Assembly: GCA_040218735.1 (NCBI GenBank)
Contig: JAVJQW010000067.1
Coordinates: 96,001-160,000, forward strand
DNA: 64,000 nt
Direction of reading: 5' to 3'
Source: Deltaproteobacteria bacterium
Lineage (GTDB): Bacteria; Myxococcota; Kuafuiibacteriia; Kuafuiibacteriales; Kuafuiibacteriaceae
The position numbers and the translations under genes are program-made. The notes below the pieces were generated by a model. That model was not told the DNA's origin. It saw nothing but the letters and a program-made list of their open reading frames with translations, and searched no databases. Below are positions 58,353 through 64,000 of the stretch, in pieces. Position 1 is the first letter of the stretch, and each line of letters starts with the position of its first letter.

Positions 58353-61300
58353 AGCGCCTGGTCGTCCTGTGTTCTCTGCTGCTCGCGTCGCCCGCGCTCG
58401 CGCAGGCGCCCGGCTCGGCCGGGTTCAAGACCGCGTCCGAGCAGCGCGAGGAGCTCATCCAGAAGCTGCGTCGCGACATCGCGAAGGTCGCGCACTCCGT
58501 GGAGGTCACGAAGGAGCTCATCGCCCGCTCGCGCGGCGCTCCGTTCCTCCCGGACATCTACCTGCGCCTCGCCGAGCTGTACGTCGAGCAGGCGCGCTAC
58601 GAGTTCTACCTCGTGCACGAGGAGCGCGGTGAGTCGTCGAAGGGCTCCGCCGTCGCGCCGACCGCAAAGTTGCTCAAGGAGAAGGCGGTCGAGACGTACC
58701 AGCGCATCCTCGCCGACTTCCCGGACTACGAGAACAACGACAAGGTCCTCTTCTTCATCGGCCACGAGTTCCGCGAGCTCGGTCAGTACGAGCGCATGAT
58801 CGCGCAGTACGAAAAGCTCGTGACGAAGTACCCCAAGAGCCCGCTCGTGCTCGACGCGTACCTCGTGCTCGGCGACTACCGCTTCGACAAGCAGGACCTC
58901 GTCGGCGCCAAGCGCTACTACCAGAAGATCCTCGACTCCCCGAACTCGTCCGCGCACGACATGGCGCACTTCAAGATGGCGTGGGTCTACCTCAACGAGG
59001 TCGACTACAAGGAGGCGCTCCGCCACTTCGAATCGGCGGTGAAGAGCGAGAACGATCCCGCGAAGGCCGCCACGCGCCGTGAGCGCGAGCGCCTCGGTAG
59101 CGTGAAGCGCGAGGCCCTCGTCGACCTCGCGTACGCGTACACCGAAGTGAAGAAGCCACAGGGCGCGCTCAAGTACTTCCGGCGCCTCGCGACGTCGCGG
59201 AACATGTACCTGCTCGCGCTCAAGAAGCTGTCGCGTCGCTACTTCGTGAAGCAGGAGTTCAACGCGGCGGCGATGGTGTACCGCGAGATCGCGCGCCTGT
59301 CCTACGCGGCCGAGGAGAACCTCGACTACACGACGCGCATCTACGAAGCCGACAAAAACGCGAAGAACTACCGGCTCGTGCACCGCGACGTCGACGCGAT
59401 GCTGGAGTCGCTCGACGACTACCGTTACGACTGGCGTGTCCCGAACGCGCAGCGAACGGCGGCGGCGACGGACTTCGAGGTGTTCACGCGCGACCTGTCG
59501 ACCAAGGCGCAGGCCTGGGTGCTCCGCGCGAAGAAGCCGCGCTACGGACCGCGCGTCGCGGTGGCGTACACGCGGTACCTGGAGAGCTTCCCGGACAGCG
59601 AGCACAAGAAGGACATCGTCGAGAACCTCGCGGACACCCTCTTCGAGGCGAAGATCTACCTGCGTGCGGGGGACCGTTTCGAGCAGGCGGCGCGCCTCGC
59701 GGAGGGGGATGAGAAGGCCCGGGAGGAGGCGCTGTACAACGCGTGTGTCGCCTTCCACGAGGCGCTCAAGAACGCGCAGAAGATGAAGCGCTTCGACCGC
59801 GTGTGGGCCCAGCAGGGGCTCATCCGCAACGGCGTCGCGTACGTCGAGTCGTTCCCGAGCTCGAAGAAGATCCCGCAGATCAAGCTCAACATCGGGCGCT
59901 CGCACTACGAGGCCGGAGACTTCGAGCGTGCGATCGGCGTCTTCGACGAGTTCATCGCGAGCTACCCGAACCACCCGAGCGCGGTGACGGTCGCCGATCT
60001 GATCCTCGACTCGTACGCCCAGACCCAGGACTTCGCGAAGCTCGCCGAGAAGGCACGCGCCCTCTCCCAGGTGAACGGGCTCGGCGACGGCGCGTTCAAG
60101 AACCGCATGCTCGTCACCGCGAAGCGCGCGGAGGAGCGGCAGATCGGCGAGGTCATCCTGACGGCGTCCGTCGACCGCCCCGCCGGCAGCAGCGCGGGTG
60201 AGCAGCTCAAGCAGTACTGGGAAGCGAACAAGAACTCCCCGGTCGCCGAGAAGACGCTCTACACCGCGTTCGTCCAGTACAAGGAGGCGCGCGACTTCAC
60301 GCGGACGTTCGAGACCGGTAACCAGTTCATCGGCGCGTACCCGCAGTCGCAGTACCTCGGCGACGTCTTCGGGACGCTCGCGAGCTTCACCACGCAGACG
60401 GGTGAGTACGAGCAGGCGTCGGTCTACCTCGAGGAGTTCTACAAGCGCTTCCCGAACGACACGTCGGCGCAGCGGATGCTCGCGCAGGGCGCGCAGATCA
60501 AGAAGCTCATCGGCGACCACCGCGCGGCGATCCAGGCGTACTCCGAGCTGCTCCGCTCGGTGCGCGACCCGGCGCTGCGCTCCGAGTACGCGTCCGAGAT
60601 GCTCGACTCCTACGAGCGGCTCGGCGACTGGGACGGCCTGCAGAAGGCCGCGCGCGACGTGCTCCGCACGGACGCCGACAACGTGAAGGCACACCTGATG
60701 CTCGGCCTCGTCGCGCAGAAGGCGGGCGACCTCGACACCGCGCTCGAAGGTTTCTCGAACGCCGTCCGGGCCGCCGGGCGCACGCCGAGCGAAGCCGTGC
60801 AGGACGACGCCGCGCGCTCGGCGTTCATGATCGGTGACGTCATCTACCGGCAGTTCACGCGCATCAGCGCCGACGGCGACCTGCAGGAGGTCGCGGCCGC
60901 GAAGGCGGAGCTGCTGTCGGAGCTGGAGTCCGCGCTCGTCGACGCCGTCGGTTACAACCAGGGTGAGTGGGCGGTCGCGGCGCTGCACCGCGCGGCGCTC
61001 GCGTACTCCGACTTTGCGTCGTTCCTCGAGAACGCGCCGGTGCCGCAGGGTCTGTCGCCGGACGAGGTCGAGCAGTACCGCCAGCTCCTCGCCGAGCAGG
61101 CCGCGCAGATCCGCGCGCGCGCGGACGAGTTCTTCGACACGTGTGTCACCAAGGCGCGCACGCTGTCGGTGTTCACCGGCGCGATGCTCGGGTGTGTGAA
61201 CCGGACCACCGAGCAGCCGATCCCCTCCGTCTCTCAGGCGGCGCCGCCGCCGCCGAAGCAGAAGAAGGAGGAGCTCAAGCAGGCGCTGACCCAGAACCCG

Positions 61301-61663
61301 AAGGACCTCGACGCGCTCGCCGACCTCGCGGACTACTTCCTCGCCTCGGGCGAGCCCGCCAAGGCCCGGCTGGTGTCCGGGCGCGCGCTCGACATCGACG
61401 AACGTGACGCCCGCTTCCACAACAAGATCGGCATGGCGGACCTCCTCCTCGGACAGCCGCAGGACGCCTTCTTCGGCTTCCAGCGGGCGCGCGACTTCGG
61501 TCACCCCTACGCCGCGGCGAACGAGATCGCGCTGCGCCTGAGCTTCGGGGACGAAAAGGGCGCGCAGCAGGTCGCGGACAAGTCGAACCTCGACGACGTC
61601 CCCGGGGCGGCGCCCGATCTGCACCCCGGCGTCGGTTCCGCGCTCCAGCGCGTCTCGCGGTAA
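58349..61663 (+). CDS. Large periplasmic TPR protein (GltD/AgmU-like with extra C-terminal TPR block)
   Basis: Signal peptide; YLRLAELYVE; many YP.S TPRs; W.VAAL.R; AP.P.GL....Y...L. Confidence 0.85.
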   Translation: MKRLVVLCSLLLASPALAQAPGSAGFKTASEQREELIQKLRRDIAKVAHSVEVTKELIARSRGAPFLPDIYLRLAELYVEQARYEFYLVHEERGESSKGSAVAPTAKLLKEKAVETYQRILADFPDYENNDKVLFFIGHEFRELGQYERMIAQYEKLVTKYPKSPLVLDAYLVLGDYRFDKQDLVGAKRYYQKILDSPNSSAHDMAHFKMAWVYLNEVDYKEALRHFESAVKSENDPAKAATRRERERLGSVKREALVDLAYAYTEVKKPQGALKYFRRLATSRNMYLLALKKLSRRYFVKQEFNAAAMVYREIARLSYAAEENLDYTTRIYEADKNAKNYRLVHRDVDAMLESLDDYRYDWRVPNAQRTAAATDFEVFTRDLSTKAQAWVLRAKKPRYGPRVAVAYTRYLESFPDSEHKKDIVENLADTLFEAKIYLRAGDRFEQAARLAEGDEKAREEALYNACVAFHEALKNAQKMKRFDRVWAQQGLIRNGVAYVESFPSSKKIPQIKLNIGRSHYEAGDFERAIGVFDEFIASYPNHPSAVTVADLILDSYAQTQDFAKLAEKARALSQVNGLGDGAFKNRMLVTAKRAEERQIGEVILTASVDRPAGSSAGEQLKQYWEANKNSPVAEKTLYTAFVQYKEARDFTRTFETGNQFIGAYPQSQYLGDVFGTLASFTTQTGEYEQASVYLEEFYKRFPNDTSAQRMLAQGAQIKKLIGDHRAAIQAYSELLRSVRDPALRSEYASEMLDSYERLGDWDGLQKAARDVLRTDADNVKAHLMLGLVAQKAGDLDTALEGFSNAVRAAGRTPSEAVQDDAARSAFMIGDVIYRQFTRISADGDLQEVAAAKAELLSELESALVDAVGYNQGEWAVAALHRAALAYSDFASFLENAPVPQGLSPDEVEQYRQLLAEQAAQIRARADEFFDTCVTKARTLSVFTGAMLGCVNRTTEQPIPSVSQAAPPPPKQKKEELKQALTQNPKDLDALADLADYFLASGEPAKARLVSGRALDIDERDARFHNKIGMADLLLGQPQDAFFGFQRARDFGHPYAAANEIALRLSFGDEKGAQQVADKSNLDDVPGAAPDLHPGVGSALQRVSR

Positions 61664-61675
61664 GGTAGAGCGGTC

Positions 61676-63007
61676 ATGCGTTTTCGGATTCTCACCGCGG
61701 CGCTCGCGGCCTTCGCGGCGGCGTGCTCCGGGAGCTCCTCGGACGACGTCGTCGACGCGCGCGACGCCGGCGTCCGCGACCTCGGCCCCCGCCAGACGAC
61801 GATCGAGCAGCTCGACGTCGAGCCGGAGGAGATCGTCGACGGCCTGAACAGCGAGGCGATCTACGGCGACAACGCCGTGATGCGTCAGACCAGCGGCGGT
61901 GACTACGTGATCGCCTACGGCGTCGTGCCGGCCGCGGATCCGAAACAGGAGGTCCACTACGCGACGCGGACCGGCGCGAACACCTGGACGACGGAGCTCG
62001 TGGGTCGCCCGGCCGAGCTGGTGCAGGACGCGCCCGGGACCTTGGTGGGGCTCGGCTTCGATCTCGTGGGGGGCGTGCCGCACATCGTCTACGCGGGCGG
62101 CGACGACGACGACAACATGCTGTCGCCCTTCCCCACCGACCTCGAGCTGAGGACGAAGAACGGCGCGACGTGGTCCTCGCAGATCCTCGTCGACACCAGC
62201 GGCGAAGCGAACGGCACCTGCATCACCGGACAGAACTACTGCAACTTCGGGAACGTCGTCGGCACACACGCGGCGATCAAGGCCAACGGCGGGCAGTACG
62301 CGGTCGTGTACCGCGACACCCACGGCGGCTTCGCGGACCTCGACTTCGGGCAGGCCGACGTCGAGCTGTACATGTCGAACGGGGGGCCTTCGCAGGTCGA
62401 CTCCGAACGGAGCGGCGGGCCGTTCGCGGACGTCGCGTTCAAGAACGACGGCAGCGTGGTCATGGCCTACAACCTGACCCGGCCGGACGAGTTCGAGGAT
62501 CGCGTCGGCGTGTGGGTCGCGTACGGAACGCCCGGAAACTACGAGCTGCGGCGCGTCTCCTCCAGTGAGACCACGTCCCGCACCTCACTCGCGGTCGCGT
62601 CCGACGGGACGATCTACCTCGCGTTCTTCCACCTCGACGCACGCGACCTCGTCCTCGCGACGTCCACCGACGGCGGCGACACCTGGACGTCGGAGGCTAT
62701 CGACGAGAGCGGTGCGACCGGCCTGCACCCGAGCCTTCAGCTCGACGCGCAGGACGAGCCGGTCATCGCGTACACGTACTGCGGTCGAACGAGTAACCGC
62801 GACTGCCCCGGGGAGCTGGGGGGGGACTCCGAGGTCCGGCTCGCGCGCCGCGAGAATGGCGCCTGGCAGCTCTACACGGTCTATGACGGCGGCGGCGCCG
62901 GCGGCGTGGGGCTCTTCAACAGCCTGGTGATCGACGCGGACGGCAAGGTCGCTATCGCGTTCCAGGACGCCACGTTCCGCGACCTCGTCTTCGTGAAGGA
63001 GCGATGA
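61676..63007 (+). CDS. Lipoprotein, probable beta-propeller (Asp-box/BNR-like)
   Basis: FAAA-C lipobox; STDGGDTW Asp-box; repeated G...SL..D..G...IA[YF]. Confidence 0.8.
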   Translation: MRFRILTAALAAFAAACSGSSSDDVVDARDAGVRDLGPRQTTIEQLDVEPEEIVDGLNSEAIYGDNAVMRQTSGGDYVIAYGVVPAADPKQEVHYATRTGANTWTTELVGRPAELVQDAPGTLVGLGFDLVGGVPHIVYAGGDDDDNMLSPFPTDLELRTKNGATWSSQILVDTSGEANGTCITGQNYCNFGNVVGTHAAIKANGGQYAVVYRDTHGGFADLDFGQADVELYMSNGGPSQVDSERSGGPFADVAFKNDGSVVMAYNLTRPDEFEDRVGVWVAYGTPGNYELRRVSSSETTSRTSLAVASDGTIYLAFFHLDARDLVLATSTDGGDTWTSEAIDESGATGLHPSLQLDAQDEPVIAYTYCGRTSNRDCPGELGGDSEVRLARRENGAWQLYTVYDGGGAGGVGLFNSLVIDADGKVAIAFQDATFRDLVFVKER

Positions 63008-63525
63008 AGATGCGATGGATGATGCTCGCGGTGATGGCGCTGTCGGTGTCGGCGTGCGGCGGCGGCGACGGTGGTGCGTGCGGCGGTGAGAAGGTCGGCG
63101 GCAACTCCCTCGATGGCAGCTACTGCGAGGGGCTCGACATGTTGTTCACCGGCGTGCGGCTCAAGGTGCAGGAGTCCGGCGACAGCAAGTTCGTGACGAT
63201 CGACTACCTCTACGCGGACGAGGCGACGACGACACCGCTCAAGACCCTCACGATCCTGTTCGACGCCGGCGCGGTCATGGTCGAGGAGAACAAACAGATC
63301 CCGATCCTCCAGGCGAGCGGCGTCGTGCGGCGCATCGATCGCGACATGACGATCAACCTCACGGACCAGCTCGAGAGCGACAGCCAGGTGACCTTCTCGG
63401 ACTACTCTGGCGACGTCGGCAGCGACACCGCCGGCTCGTTCGGCCTCCTCTTCAAGAACGGCCGCACGCTCCTCGGCACCTTCGAGGGGCCCCTCGTCGA
63501 CGCGCGCGACACGGTCGACGGCTGA
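63004..63525 (+). CDS. Hypothetical lipoprotein
   Basis: LSVSA-C lipobox; ATGA overlap with the previous gene. Confidence 0.8.
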   Translation: MKMRWMMLAVMALSVSACGGGDGGACGGEKVGGNSLDGSYCEGLDMLFTGVRLKVQESGDSKFVTIDYLYADEATTTPLKTLTILFDAGAVMVEENKQIPILQASGVVRRIDRDMTINLTDQLESDSQVTFSDYSGDVGSDTAGSFGLLFKNGRTLLGTFEGPLVDARDTVDG

Positions 63526-63589
63526 GCCCCGAGCCGCGGACCGGTTTTTTTTCCGATATGCTCCCGGAGCACGCCCGTTCTGGGCGTGC

Positions 63590-64000
63590 GTGGAGACTGG
63601 CGCCATCAGCCCGGCCGAAGACACCTCCGTGGCCCCTCTGGCGCCGGACTGGGACGCGATCGTCGAGCGACACCAACACACGGTGCTCCTGTCGGTCCTC
63701 GCGCTGGGCCTGAGAATAGAGCGCGCGAAGGACGTCACGAACCAGGCCTTCGCCCGACTCTACGAACAGCACCGTGCGGGGAAGCTCGACCGGCTCTCCT
63801 TCCCCGGCCTGGCGATACGGCAGGCCCGCTTCCTCGCGCTCGACGCGCTCGAGAAGGACAAGGTCGCGGCCCGCGCGCAGCGGGCGCTCGCTTTGACGGT
63901 GGTCGACGAGGATCACGCCCCGAACCCGGAGCGGCGCCTCCTCGCCAAGCAGCAGCTCGCGATCGCGGTCGAGGCGCTGACGTACTGCTCGCCCGCGTCA
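63590..64000 (+). CDS. ECF-type sigma factor, 3'-truncated (absent from the ORF track)
   Basis: My translation from GTG 63590: WDAIVERHQHTVLLSVLALG..ERAKDVTNQAFARL...PERRLLAKQQL; open to the window end. Confidence 0.72.
   Translation, partial: METGAISPAEDTSVAPLAPDWDAIVERHQHTVLLSVLALGLRIERAKDVTNQAFARLYEQHRAGKLDRLSFPGLAIRQARFLALDALEKDKVAARAQRALALTVVDEDHAPNPERRLLAKQQLAIAVEALTYCSPAS

Noticed and set aside
58298-62323. 1341-aa minus-strand ORF and other long antisense ORFs (e.g. 5814-7874, 47370-49223)
   Set aside because: Shadow frames of real high-GC genes with no motifs.

Overview
High-GC (roughly 70% by eye) chromosomal window from a myxobacterium-like organism (Myxococcota). The assignment rests on a MYXO-CTERM tail, PEGA and FG-GAP lipoproteins, a Ser/Thr kinase paired with an FHA-sigma54 activator, and Glt/Mts-like genes. 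No rRNA, tRNA, CRISPR array or mobile element was found. Core genes: gyrA, a glutamine synthetase-family ligase, xseA-xseB-ispA-tlyA, an LD-carboxypeptidase with a serine hydrolase, a DEDDh exonuclease, a FecCD/E-type ABC permease and ATPase, and two ECF sigma factors. The right third holds an mtsC-F-like adhesin operon divergent from a Glt/Nfs-like envelope cluster. The most interesting part is 1-13.2 kb. There a membrane Ser/Thr kinase and an FHA-sigma54 activator sit between two sigma54 promoters that share the same upstream inverted-repeat box. One promoter drives a ~2000-aa coiled-coil protein ending in tandem JAB and HExxH toxin-like domains. The other drives a small helical protein resembling type III filament subunits. 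A second toxin-like protein with a Pol-beta nucleotidyltransferase tip lies alongside. A strongly structured, strand-specific candidate ncRNA sits at ~25630-25847. All family assignments come from motif reading by eye, without database searches.
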